NCBI RefSeq assembly: GCF_004010195.1
Contig: NC_057755.1
Coordinates: 2,362,592 to 2,414,182 of the forward strand
Reading direction: 5' to 3'
DNA: 51,591 nt
Origin: Chiloscyllium plagiosum
Lineage: Eukaryota
This document shows positions 1-12,399 of the stretch, piece after piece. The notes beneath the pieces were generated by a model. The model was not told the DNA's origin, did not search any database, and saw only the letters and a program-made list of their open reading frames with translations. Numbering within the stretch: position 1 is the first letter of the stretch; every line of letters begins with the position of its first letter. The position numbers and the translations under genes were made by a program.

Positions 1-396
1 GCTGTTTCAGTTTATATATCAAAGTTGTGGATTGGAGCTGTTTCAGTTTATATATCAAAGTTGTGGATTGGAGCTGTTTCAGTTTATATATCAAAGTTGT
101 GGATTGGAGCTGTTTCAGTTTATATATCAAAGTTGTGGATTGGAGCTGTTTCAGTTTATATATCAAAGTTGTGGATTGGAGCTGTTTCAGTTTATATATC
201 AAAGTTGTGGATTGGAGCTGTTTCAGTTTATATATCAAAGTTGTGGATTGGAGCTGTTTCAGTTTATATATCAAAGTTGTGGATTGGAGCTGTTTCAGTT
301 TATATATCAAAGTTGTGGATTGGAGCTGTTTCAGTTTATATATCAAAGTTGTGGATTGGAGCTGTTTCAGTTTATATATCAAAGTTGTGAATTGGA
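1..396. repeat. 36-bp minisatellite (GCTGTTTCAGTTTATATATCAAAGTTGTGGATTGGA), 10 perfect copies plus 1 variant, running off the window start
   Basis: Exact 36-nt periodicity from position 1 with no spacers. Confidence 0.97.
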
Positions 397-859
397 GCTG
401 ATCCAGTTTATGTGTATCGATATTATTTTGTGTTGGAGCTGTTCCTGTTGGTATATAAATATTGTTGTGTACTGGAGCTGTCAACCACGTTGTTGTATGT
501 CTTTAGTCACGTGTAGTCCTGACTTGGTAAGGATGCAGTTTCCTCTCTGAAAAGCATGAGCTCGTCGACAAGCGACTTGGGTTCATCATTCGACTCTTAA
601 ATTTTAGATAGCCATTATATTTAAACTTCATCATCTACCACATTGGGATTTGAACTTGAGTGCCCAGAACATAACTAGGTTACCTATCTTAATAAAGACA
701 GCGATATTCTGCTAAGCCATCAGCTCTACCACGGTTATGCTCTCGTCCTGTGCAACAGGTTGGAGAAGGGGCTGAATAAGAGCAGAAAGAGCTGTTAATG
801 CTCTTAATCAGCAACAAAAACAAATTCCTGGAAGAAATCAGCACATCTTCCAGCTTCTA

Positions 860-1146
860 TTCAGAGAACTCAGAGCTGAATGGCCTCCTGTACCAGAGTA
901 ACAGACCGGAGAGGAGCTGAATGACCTCATTTCCCAGGGATCAGGCTGTAGAAGGATCTGATTGGTCTCCTGTACCAGACTAACAGGCCGGAGAGGGGCT
1001 GAATGGCTGACTTTTTCCCGTGGGGTAGGCTGGAGAATGGGCTAAATAGCCTCATCCTGTTCCTGTAGGACAGAGTGGAGACGGGGTTGAATGGCCTCCC
1101 CCTGTTCCTGTGGGACAGATCGGAGAAGGGGATGAATGGCCTCCTT
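860..1146. repeat. Degenerate ~43-45-bp minisatellite (GGAGAGGGGCTGAATGGCCTC...CCTGT...ACAG)
   Basis: About 6 diverged copies. One 45-bp unit is missing from the mirrored copy near 4760. Confidence 0.75.
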
Positions 1147-1757
1147 CTAATTCAATATTGTTGGGTGTGTTCATGCCAACAGCAGACTCATTCATCATTG
1201 AAAACTAAGCAATGCTTTATCCCCTGAATTTGAACAAAATCAGTCCGTGAAATGTCCAACTCTCTACCTATTTGTTCTCCATATTTTAAATAAAGGCTGT
1301 TTTCAGTTTTCCAGATATTACCTCTATTCACTGTTAGTTCGTCGGATATGTTCATGTGCATTTTACCCCTTTAACTAGTGAAATAGGCAGGCAAATGGCA
1401 GATAATGTTGGAAGTAAGAAAGATTCATTCTTTTTGGTCGAGATAATATAAATTATGAGGCTGAATTCTGGTGGGGACTTAACATCAAGACTTGGAGGTG
1501 TATACTTCTTTTTTGGAAAGTGACTGGGAATGTTGAGCACGTTTGTCAAAAATAAGTCATCCAAAGTCGAACGGAATGGAAAGGAAAGGGGAATGTTATT
1601 TTACCTGTATAAATCACCGCTTTAGACACAGCTGGGGGAAACAGTCCAGATTTGAACTCTTGAATATCATATGACTTCCATTGTGTTAAACCTGAGCTCT
1701 GCCAACCACAGCACATCACACTTTCGGAAGCATTCAATGCAGTGGATACTGTGAAAT

Positions 1758-2078
1758 GGCATGTTTTCTCAGTGGTTCGCACTGCTGTTTCACAGCACCA
1801 CGGACCAGGGTTTGATTCTGTTCTCGGCCGACTATCTGTGCACGTTCTCCCTGTGCCTGCGTGGGATTTGTCTGGGTGTTCTGGTTTCCTCCCACAATCC
1901 AAAATATATACAGGTAAGAAAAATAAGCTCATAGTGTTCAAGAGTGTGTAGGTTAGGTGCATTCGTCATGGGTAAGTATAGGGCATGGGAATGTGGCTGG
2001 GTGGTTTAATCTTTAGAGTGTAGGCATGGACCTGTTGGGCTGAAGGGCCTAATTCCACACTTTAGGGATCGTATTCTA
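1758..2078 (+). mobile_element. tRNA-derived V-SINE (HE1-like), diverged
   Basis: tRNA-like head (CAGTGGTTCGCACTGCTGTTTCACAGCACCA...GGTTTGATTC), V-domain-like core (TTCTCCCTGTGCCTGCGTGGG...GGTTTCCTCCCACA) and CR1-like 3' tail. Confidence 0.8.
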
Positions 2079-2317
2079 TGCTGTGGGAGGCAGAAAATAC
2101 TCATGGGAACTAAATAACAGGACATTTATTCCCCGTGAGCTTATCACAGCATACAGTGCCTGATTTGTAGCCAAACTCCATATAGCTGTGTTTGTGACTT
2201 ATTCCTTACTAACTATGCTTAAGAAAAAGAAAATCTACCTCAGATATAAAATTAACTTCTAATCCAGCATTAACTAAACAGAGTCCAGGATGGTGTATTG
2301 TCTCAACAGTGCCTCGC

Positions 2318-2457
2318 AGGAGAAAGTGAGGACTGCAGATGCTGGAGATCGGAGCTTACCAATGTGTTGCTGGAAAAGCGCAGCAGGTCAGGCAGCATCG
2401 GAGGAACAGGAGAATCGACGTTTCGGGCATAAGCCTGAAAGGATATTCCTGAAGAAG
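2318..2457 (-). mobile_element. Penelope-like pseudo-LTR fragment with partial hammerhead motif
   Basis: Minus strand 2435-2417 reads GGCTTATGCCC-GAAACGTC. An opposite-strand CTGAAGA lies at 2449-2455. Same family as 31577-31786 and 45510-45602. Confidence 0.65.
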
Positions 2458-2749
2458 CAACACATTTTTCAGCTCAACAGTGTCTCCTGTCGAGAATGTC
2501 ACAGAACAATTTCAGGACACCTTGGGGTGTGGGGTTTGCTGGGGTGGGACAGGGGTTGGAGTGGGAACGTGTGGAATATGAAGAACCCAAGATCCTGATG
2601 CACATTGACAGCAACAATATCTGGGAGTGAAATCAATGCTCAGAGTCTTGAATCTTGTCATTAATCACCCTGTATTTACAAATGCACAGTTTTTGACAGT
2701 GGCCTCTCACTGAGTCAGATATTCAACATCTCAATTTCTCTATTGTCGA

Positions 2750-3420
2750 CTTTCAGCAGTTCCTGGTCAAACAACCCTCACAGCGTCGAATACAACTCGG
2801 CTGGTAAGCTATCACTTCCACGAGGCGGACTCTTTTCTAAAGAGTCGAGAGCCTTGGTCAGCACCTCCAAAGATAGCGGTAGGTCCAGCCTCTCCCCTAT
2901 GTTGTCATTTAATACTTACACAATAGGAAGTAATGACCGAGAGGCTGCGCTATCTGTGAAATTCATGTCATGTAATATGGCGGGAAGGGTTTTGCTTATC
3001 CTCTGGATGTCAGGCTGAGATAACGTTACAGAGTAATTTTTCAGGCTGCTGATCATCGAGCTCGCCCTGTGCAATTTCTCAAAGACCAAATGTGAGCGCG
3101 TCCCATCCTGCTCCACGGTATGGACCCCGAACCGGGAGATTATCTTGGTGGCTTCGGAGGTAAAGGGTGAGGCTTTCTGGCTCTTCATCTCCTAAAAATC
3201 ATCTGTGACATCAACACCCATCGTCTGCACCAGGGGTAGATTCTGCACGCTTTTCTGTAGTTTGGACAGTTGTCCCCATTTCTCTCTCACATTCAGAGGA
3301 CCTTTGAGAATAAACATCCACTTGGTGCTCTCCTTGACTCTTTACTGCAAGTCCGAGGGAGCCTCAAAGAGGTTCTTCACGGTTCTCCAACCATTAATGT
3401 GGGAGACTAAAAAATAGGCC
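2750..3420 (-). mobile_element. Decayed Tx1/L1-clade LINE ORF2 fragment (region between endonuclease and RT)
   Basis: Broken minus-strand peptides EKLHRASSMISSLK..SQPDIQRISK..TDSAASRSLL..ERLDLPLSLEVLTKALDSLEKS..GSDSLPAELYSTL resemble Tx1 ORF2; stops and frameshifts present. Confidence 0.75.
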
Positions 3421-3604
3421 ACCTTTCTCCAGAACTTAATAGATAGGATTTGTAAAGATAACCCACTCCCACTCTTTGGGGATTCGAGCACAAAGGGACA
3501 TAGTCTGCGATGTCGGGCTAATGTGTTCAGGAGAGATGTTAGGAAGCACTGCCACACAGAAAGGGTGTTGGAGGGTGGGAACTCTCTTCCATAAAGGGTA
3601 GTGG

Positions 3605-5541
3605 ATGCTGGATTAGAAGTTAATTTTATATCTGAGGTAGATTTTTTTTTCTTAAGCATAGTTAGTAAGGAATAAGGCACAAACACAGCTATATGGAGTT
3701 TGGCTACAAATCAGGCACTGTATGCTGTGATAAGCTCACGGGGAATAAATGTCCTGTTATTTAGTTCCCATGAGTATTTTCTGCCTCCCACAGCATAGAA
3801 TACGATCCCTAAAGTGTGGAATTAGGCCCTTCAGCCCAACAGGTCCATGCCTACACTCTAAAGATTAAACCACCCAGCCACATTCCCATGCCCTATACTT
3901 ACCCATGACGAATGCACCTAACCTACACACCCTTGAACACTATGAGCTTATTTTTCTTACCTGTATATATTTTGGATTGTGGGAGGAAACCAGAACACCC
4001 AGAGAAATCCCACGCAGGCACAGGGAGAACGTGCACAGATAGTCGCCCGAGAACAGAATCAAACCCTGGTCCGTGGTGCTGTGAAACAGCAGTGCGAACC
4101 ACTGAGAAAACATGTCATTTCACAGTATCCACTGCATTGACATGCTTCCGAAAGTGTGATGTGCTGTAGTTGGCAGAGCTCAGGTTTAACATAATGGAAG
4201 TCATATGATATTCAAGAGTTCAAATCTGGACTGTTTCCCCCAGCTGTGTCTAAAGCGGTGATTTATACAGGTAAAATAACATTCCCCTTTCCTTTCCATT
4301 CCGTTCGACTTTGGATGACTTATTTTTGACAAACGTGCTCAACATTCCCAGTCACTTTCCAAAAAAGAAGTATACACCTCCAAGTCTTGATGTTAAGTCC
4401 CCACCAGAATTCAGCCACATAATTTATATTATCTCGACCAAAAAGAATGAATCTTTCTTACTTCCAACATTATCTGCCATTTGCCTGCCCATTTCACTAG
4501 TTAAAGGGGTAAAATGCACATGAACATATCCGACGAACTAACAGTGAATAGAGGTAATATCTGGAAAACTGAAAACAGCCTTTATTTAAAATATGGAGAA
4601 CAAATAGGTAGAGAGTTGGACATTTCACGGACTGATTTTGTTTAAATTCAGGGGATAAAGCATTGCTTAGTTTTCAATGATGAATGAGTCTGCTGTTGGC
4701 ATGAGCACACCCAACAATATTGAATTAGAAGGAGGCCATTCATCCCCTTCTCCGATCTGTCCTACAGGAACAGGATGAGGCTATTTAGCCCATTCTCCAG
4801 CCTACCCCACGGGAAAAAGTCAGCCATTCAGCCCCTCTCCGGCCTGTTGGTCTGGTGCAGGAGACCAATCAGATCCTTCTACAGCCTGATCCCTGGGAAA
4901 TGAGGTCATTCAGCTCCTCTCCGGTCTGTTACTCTGGTACAGGGGGCCATTCAGCTCTGAGTTCTCTGAATAGAAGCTGGAAGATGTGCTGATTTCTTCC
5001 AGGAATTTGTTTTTGTTGCTGATTAAGAGCATTAACAGCTCTTTCTGCTCTTATTCAGCCCCTTCTCCAACCTGTTGCACAGAACGAGAGCATAACCGTG
5101 GTAGAGCTGATGGCTTAGCAGAATATCGCTGTCTTTATTAAGATAGGTAACCTAGTTATGTTCTGGGCACTCAAGTTCAAATCCCAATGTGGTAGATGAT
5201 GAAGTTTAAATATAATGGCTATCTAAAATTTAAGAGTCGAATGATGAACCCAAGTCGCTTGTCGACGAGCTCATGCTTTTCAGAGAGGAAACTGCATCCT
5301 TACCAAGTCAGGACTACACATGACTAAAGACATACAACAACGTGGTTGACAGCTCCAGTACACAACAATATTTATATACCAACAGGAGCAGCTCCAACAC
5401 AAAATAATATCGATACACATAAACTGGATCAGCTCCAATTCACAACTTTGATATATAAACTGAAACAGTTCCAATTCACAACTTTGATATATAAACTGAA
5501 ACAGCTCCAATCCACAACTTTGATATATAAACTGAAACAGC
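3605..5541 (-). repeat. Right arm of the inverted duplication; includes a minus-strand V-SINE (~3795-4118) and 3 copies of the 36-bp unit (5434-5541)
   Basis: Reverse complement of 289-2270 with scattered substitutions and one 45-bp deletion (1937 vs 1982 bp). Confidence 0.95.
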
Positions 5542-5782
5542 GCGAGTACACAGCAATATTTACATACAGACGTGAACAGTTCTCATTTACAATATTTAAA
5601 AATGAACGTGAACAGGTCTAAAATACAATTGATATGCAGAAACATGAACAGTTTTATTCCAAATTCATTGTGCAACAATTTTTATGTACAAACGTAAACA
5701 CTTCAAAACGCAAAAATATTGAAACATATACATGTGCAGCTGAAACGCACCACGAAATTAATATATAATAGAGAACACAACT

Positions 5783-7120
5783 AAGATGCAACAATACTTA
5801 CTTGCAGGCAAGAAGAACTCAAAAAGAAAGCAGGCAGCAAATATGACCAGGAACCGTTTCCAGACACAACCATGTTTATATTTACAAATGAGCAATTCTA
5901 ATGTTTCATGATATTTACGTTTAAACGAGAACAAATCCAAAGTCTTTATTTATAAACACAAACAGATACAATGCACAATAATATTTACATGCAAACATGA
6001 TCAATTCCTATACACAGCAATATTTGTACCAACACACTCAGCTCCAACATATAATAATACTGAAAGTTTATATGATATACATATGAAAAATGCAATACTC
6101 TGCATATGAATGAGTTCGAGAAAGGAAAAAAATGTGCTGTTGACAAATTTGCAGTTGACACAAAAATAATTGGGAAGGCAAGTTGCGACAGGTTCTGAGA
6201 AAGGGTCACAAGTCTCGACGTATTAAGTCTGATTTCTCTCCACGGATGCTGCCAGTCATGCTGAGCAATCCAGAAATGTCTACTTTTGTTTATGTATGAC
6301 ATTCTAGCATCAAACATGGGCCAAGCGCTAAATCCCGGAGGGGAGGTGGGAGTGACACACCCTGACACTCCTGTGGTTCGCTCAAAATTCACTTGAAGGA
6401 CAATTGGGGCACACTCCCCGCTAGTACCTATCATATCTGGCGTATAGGAAGATGCAACAATACTTACTTGCAGGCAAGAACAACTCAAAAAGAAAGCAGG
6501 CAGCAAATATGACCAGGAACCGTTTCCAGACACAACCATGTTTATATTTACAAATGAGCAATTCTACTGTTTCATGATATTTACGTTTAAACGAGAACAA
6601 ATCCAAAGTCTTTATTTATAAACACAAACAGATACAATGCACAATAATATTTACATGCAAACATGATCAATTCCTATACACAGCAATATTTGTACCAACA
6701 CACTCAGCTCCAACATATAATAATACTGAAAGTTTATATGATATACATATGAAGAATGCAATACTCTGCATATGAATGAGTTCGAGAAAGGAAAAAAATG
6801 TGCTGTTGACAAATTTGCAGTTGACACAAAAATAGTTGGGAAGGCAAGTTGCGACAGGTTCTGAGAAAGGGTCACAAGTCTCGACGTATTAAGTCTGATT
6901 TCTCTCCACGGATGCTGCCAGTCATGCTGAGCAATCCAGAAATGTCTACTTTTGTTTATGTATGACATTCTAGCATCAAACATGGGCCAAGCGCTAAATC
7001 CCAGAGGGGAGGTGGGAGTGACACACCCTGACATTCCTGTGGTTCGCTCAAAATTCACTTGAAGGACAATTAGGGCACACTCCCCGCTAGTACCTATCAT
7101 ATCTGGCGTAGAGGAAGATG
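5783..7120 (+). repeat. 666-bp tandem duplication (5783-6448 / 6449-7114)
   Basis: Near-identical sequence at offset 666. AAGATG occurs at 5783, 6449 and 7115. Confidence 0.95.
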
Positions 7121-7560
7121 GTTGTCGTTGTCAGAGGAGGGTCAGCTCAGCTCCAGAACATCTCTGCAGAAATTCCACGGTGCCATGTCCTCGGTCAAAA
7201 CAGCTTCAGCTACTTCATCAATAAATAGCTGGTCATAATTAATTTGAATATTATTGCTACAAAAGGAGGTCAGAGGCCAGGAAGACCACGGCGAGTAACT
7301 CACCTCCTGACTCCCCAAAGTCAAAGCAAAAGTAAGAAGTGTAACGAAATAATCCCCAGTTTCTTGTTTGGATGTTGTTCCATCAACACTCAGATAACTT
7401 GACATCACCCAGGACAAAGCAGCTTGCTTGATTGACATCACAACTACAAACATACACTTCCTCCACCACTGACACTCAGTAGCAGAAATTTGTCACAAAC
7501 ACAAAATGCACCGAAGTGAAACATCAAGGTTCATTAGAGAGTGTCAATGCTCAGTTCATC
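7121..7560 (+). mobile_element. Old CR1/L2-type LINE RT and 3' fragment
   Basis: Similar to 24275-24960(+) and 51000-51540(-). No intact ORF. Confidence 0.5.
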
Positions 7561-8149
7561 AGCTCTGCTGGTGACACCTTACTCTGATTTTTGTTTTCTC
7601 CAATGATAAGAGGAGATTGACGTGTTTTTGGAGGGAACCATTTCTGGATCTTTATCTACAACGGATTGTCTCCACTCCTGACCAACTGACCAGTTACACT
7701 TATTAAACGCTGTTATCCTCTCCACCTCTCATCAGCTTTTTGAAAATTTCTGTGTTCATGTGAGTGTATAGAGTCCTATAAAAGGCCAGAAAGACCTTCC
7801 TACACCTATAATCTGCACCGCGACTGATTGAGGCATGTGGTGTATGATGTGCCACCTTAATTATTGTATTAACCTGTCCAGCAACATTCAGGAATCAGTG
7901 GGCAAGCATCCCAAGTACCCACTGGTCCTTTGAGATTCCTAGTGCCTTGCATCTCATTAAATATTACCTTGCCTTGTTTCGTTAGTTAAACAATAGGTCT
8001 AGAAACCGAAGAAACAGTTCAGGTTTCAGTAGTTATTAGGTGGAGAGACTGATGTTTGGATTTCTCCCAGATTCCCACGTATACTCCATTGAGAGCAATT
8101 GTGCACCATGACCTGCTGTAGGGTGCACTCGTCCTTTTTCAGGAGAGGG

Positions 8150-9760
8150 AGTGTTGTGACGAGACAGAAATATAACCAGTTCCTGAGAGACACAGAAGCA
8201 CACCCAAGCGCACACACTCGCAAAAACATGTCACTCAGACACAAAGGTACACCCACACGCCCAAATACACTCAAGTTGAGACATAGGAAGATACTGATAA
8301 ACAAAAACAGGAACACATCCCATCCTCCACCCACAACGCACGAACATACACAGAAACAGTCAAACGGAGATGTGGAAAACCAACTCCAGACAGAAACATT
8401 ACCTGATCCTGAGTGACATAGAAACACACCCTCACCCTCGCAAACTCACAGAGGAATACAATCAGACTAAAGTGTGTGACTATGCCTACATGCTGATACA
8501 TTAACACACCCAAACTTTACATGCACACGCCCACACTGAAATACCACCATACTGAGAGATATAGGAACACGCCTACATAGAGACAAAGAATGCACACACA
8601 TCCACAGACAGAAATACAGTCATACTGTGATATGAAATCAGACCAACAAAGATACAGGACACACACATGCACAAATAAAAAATCATTCCAAATAAAGAAA
8701 CACATTTACACACAGACACATAATCACACACACATCCCTACACACATATAGAAGCGAAGTTATACTGAGAGACATTACACATCAACATGCAAGAACTTAC
8801 AGAAACATTTGTGCACATATAGAGTCAGTAACCATCATCACATGCTAACAGTAACACACACACACACAAAAAATCACTGTCATAGGAATGTACCCCCACA
8901 CACACACACAGCATATTAACAGACACAAACACAGCAGATACAATGTCAAAACACACGCAGATACATACTCACACTGGCACAGTAACGAACAGCCACACGA
9001 ACATACTCACTGTCACAGAAACACTCCTACATAGACTGAATAACATACCCAAACGCATAAACACCGCAATATGTAGTCAGCAAAATACTTTTCCAGGTCC
9101 ACACACAGAGGGTATCCAACACACGGCAGCAGAAATGAACTCACAATGTGTCACATGGACATATCCAAAGACACAATCTGCGAAAGCACACACAGAGTGA
9201 CATTCCCACAAAGGCAGTGAAACATAGATACGCACAGAGACCTTGACAGACCCTGGCAGTGAAACACTTAAACACAAACTCCCTCACATGGACAGGGAGA
9301 GAGAGGGAGACCGTCAAAGCGCAGAAGATGAAGGGACACAACATTTACAGAAATGTAACTAATATTATGCCAAGATATTGTTGGATGCGGCAGTGCATTT
9401 TGTATTTTCCAAAATCACCTCCTTAGATAAACTCAGTGAAAGAAGAGATATAGAAGTGGTTTGAGACAATTCACATGAGCAAGTGTTAAACTGAGAGAAC
9501 ACGTGCCTGACGTGGTCAACGTGTGAGAATGAAACAGAGCGTGAGACAGAGAGAGAGAGCATGAGACACAGAGACAAGGACAGACAGAGAGAGACAGAGG
9601 TAGAGGGATAGAGTCAGAGAGAGACTGACAGCAAGAAATTTAGAAGTGGGGAGAGAGAGAAGCAGTCATAGCGATGGAGAGTGAGAAAGAGAGGAAGAAA
9701 GTGATAGAGAAAACGATATGCAGAAAGAGGCGGAAAGAGAGAGAAGGCAATATTCCTGTG
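8150..9760. repeat. CA-rich then GA-rich low-complexity, degenerate microsatellite region
   Basis: Dense ACAC/AGAC runs at 8150-9340 and GAGA runs at 9540-9750. Confidence 0.8.
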
Positions 9761-10577
9761 GCGGAAGTAAGCATAAGAGGGCTCATGGAACACTGTCAAA
9801 ACTGAACAAATGTGCATGGAGCAAGTAACAATTCAGATGAGGGGATCACCAGCACACGGAGACTTTCTCTTGTTGGAAAAAATGTTTATTTCGAGCTAAC
9901 AGACAGAGACTGACATTGATCATGGTACAGGAGGCGAAGTTTCTGTCCCTCCTTCTCCTCCCCTGCAGGGGAAATGCAGAAACCCCTCCTGCCGGACTTT
10001 ATCACTCATTCACAGGGCTCTCCGTGAAGACTCAATGTTCCAGCTGAGTCCATCACTCACAGACAATCCGTCATTTGGAATCACTACTCTAGCCTCTTTT
10101 CCTTCTGCATTGCCCCTGACAGTTACTTCTTTTTCCCTTCACTGCTGTCCCGTTGTTGCGTCTTCCAATATTTCTTAAAGTGGAAGTGGATGGATGATGT
10201 TAAGCCTGGGAGATTAGTATCATTGTCAGGGACAGACAGGAAGGTGGATTACACCTTAGAATTGGATGAACCGTGGTGTTCTGGAATGACAGGTGGACGA
10301 GGTTCGTAGGGCTGAATGGACTACTGCTCCTTATTGTTTGTGTGTCTCCATGTGTGTCAATCCGTCAGTCAATCAGGGATAGCAGCGTGTACCTGAGCGT
10401 GGTGAATGGTGACCCATCTTGCAGGAAGGGTCACCATTCCATTGCAGGATGTACAACTCAATCTATGTGATTGTTATGATGAAATTATGTCTGTACATAT
10501 GCAATTCCCGCACTGGGAACACTGCAGGTGCCTGCGGACTACAGCCAGTTCTTTTGCTGAGTCATTAAGCAAAGAAC

Positions 10578-11440
10578 TTATGTAACCAGTTTTTGCATCG
10601 CATTCTTGAACTTCGCTCTGAACTTGGACAGAGTCACTGCACAAAATAATGTGTTCGTGCTGCAGCTTAAAACCCTCAACATTTCTGCAATGTATGTAAA
10701 ATCCTTTATAGAACTGTAGTTCCAACGGTAAGTTCCTTTAATGCTAAAGTACAAGACGTTTGAACCGTGCACTGTCCACAGAAGTATGAAGCTAATGGAT
10801 ATGGTGAAGAGGGAAATCACTGACCTCCTCCGATTCTCCATCTCTGTGTCTTTGGGCCTCTGACACCTCAGGCTCTTGCAGACACGACTGATCAACAAAA
10901 TGTGTCTGACCATCAGAGTATTCATCAACAGAATTAACACGAATGGGACGAAAGGGGTTAAAATGATATCAAACCACCTGAATCCCAGCCACCCGGGATC
11001 TGTAAAATACCTTGACTTTATTTGGCAGTGCCACAGAACATTGTTAATTATACTCCCAGGTTCAAACCGAAAATAAAAGGGAATGCTTTTTGCAATGAGA
11101 AGAATACCAGTTGCAGCCATAGCCACTGTCAAGGCTTTTTCTGTCCAATAATCTCTCTTCATTGTCAGGCAGCAAATGGCCACAAAACGATCAAAGGTGA
11201 AAAGGACAGTGAACCAGACGGAACAGTCTGTGGCTGCACGAGCCATGACATAGACAGGACGGCACACAGAGGTGAGATCCAGGAAACACGTTGGCATGCC
11301 AAAGAATTTGAGTTTCCACAGTATGATGTCAGTGAGAACAAACATTAGGTCCGACATTGCCATAGCCAACAGGCAGCGCGTTGTGCTGTTCGAGAGACCA
11401 AACTTTCCTCGTGCGAGAACCAAAATCACCAGGCAATTAA
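10578..11440 (-). CDS. Class A GPCR, GPR139/GPR142-like, gene 1 exon 2 (TM1b-TM7 and C-tail; 287 codons)
   Basis: Open frame with 7TM pattern: LAMAMSDL (TM2), C3.25, FTFDRFVAIC (DRY-like), ECL2 WHC, TPFVPF (TM5), FILLW (TM6), SCSTN (TM7), helix 8 SKFR. Acceptor TTCCTGTTTCTTTCAG ends at 11441. TAA stop at 10580-10578. Confidence 0.92.
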
Positions 11441-11989
11441 CTGAAAGAAACAGGAAGTAAAATGCAAATTGGAAATTAATGATCAAGCTTGTCTACGTCG
11501 GCGCAGAGAGCAACATAAGATCTTAGCAGTTGGGAATGTTCAGATGTTGAGTTTGAACATGACAGCTCCAATGGCCTGACCCATTTAGAAGCTGCTTACT
11601 CCTGTGTTTAACAAAGGGTGGGCTGGCAATGGTCAGATGGCATGTCGGGTGTGTGGGCATACCTTTAAGGTGAAAGGGAAGAGTTTGTGCGGGATCTGAG
11701 GATAGGCGTTCACCCAGAGAGTGGTGGGTGTCGGCTAATTCAGTGCCTGGGAGAGTTGTGGAAGCAGGAAATGTCACAAACTTTAAAAACTACCGATGAA
11801 CGCTTGAAGCATCATCATATTCGAGACTATGAGGATACTGCTGGGTGCTGGGATAAGAGTAGATTTTGTGTAGCTTTGTTAGCACAAACGGGAACGACCA
11901 AAGGTCCTCTCATATACAGTCTGATTCTATGGTTCTAAGAATTAGTTCTGAGAGGGATTGGAAGTGAAGCATTGTAATGAAATAAATTA

Positions 11990-12290
11990 AGGTTCTGAAT
12001 GCTGAAAACATGAAACAGAACAAATCCAACAAGTATGGCAGTATCTGTGGAGAGAGAAGTCTTACGAATTTGTCTACCATGACAAACCAGTTTGAACACC
12101 TTCCTGAAGTCCACATAGATCACATCTACTGTTCTACCCCATCAATCCTCTTTGATACTTATTTACAAAACTCAGTTAAGTTAGTGAGACATGATAGCGC
12201 ATGTACAAAGGCATGTCAACGCTTCATCAGAACATCTTCATCTGAACATGGGTCACTGAACTCAAAATATCATCTCAGATTTCTCCCGAC
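11990..12290. mobile_element. Degenerate inverted pair of Penelope-like termini interrupted by a 160-bp CR1 piece
   Basis: GGCAGTATCTGTGGAGAGAG on the left; minus-strand CTGATGA at 12230-12224; plus-strand degenerate CTGAACATGGGTCACTGAACTCAAAA from ~12242. Confidence 0.45.
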
Positions 12291-12399
12291 ACACAAAACC
12301 CTATCATTGCAACAAAAAGGCAGGGAATCATTCCAAAAAGTGAAGTCATATTTAAAGAAATTCAACTACTGTGGAACATTTGTTCGATTGTTCTTAGCA

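Larger units (their letters stand above)
289..2270 (+). repeat. Left arm of a ~2-kb inverted duplication (partner 3605-5541)
   Basis: Reverse complement matches 3605-5541 throughout. Inner ends are AATCCAGCAT (2261-2270) and ATGCTGGATT (3605-3614). Mirrored ORF-track peptides at 1352-1564(-) and 4311-4523(+). Confidence 0.95.

Noticed and set aside
1..396. 36-bp repeats resembling a CRISPR array, and the repetitive ORFs at 25-550
   Set aside because: Units are head-to-tail with no spacers, there are no cas genes and the context is vertebrate. The ORFs arise because the 12-codon unit has no stops.
289..5541. DNA transposon or Polinton with long TIRs
   Set aside because: The spacer holds only decayed retroelement pieces and is continuous with the right arm in a paralogous block.
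5985..7100. 184-aa and 149-aa minus-strand ORFs with shared sequence
   Set aside because: They result from the 666-bp duplication of repeat-derived DNA and show no protein motif.
11441..11486. ORF-track N-terminus MIINFQFAFYFLFLS of the 302-aa GPCR
   Set aside because: It starts at TTG and translates the intron polypyrimidine tract; a proper ATG exon exists at 20357-20423.
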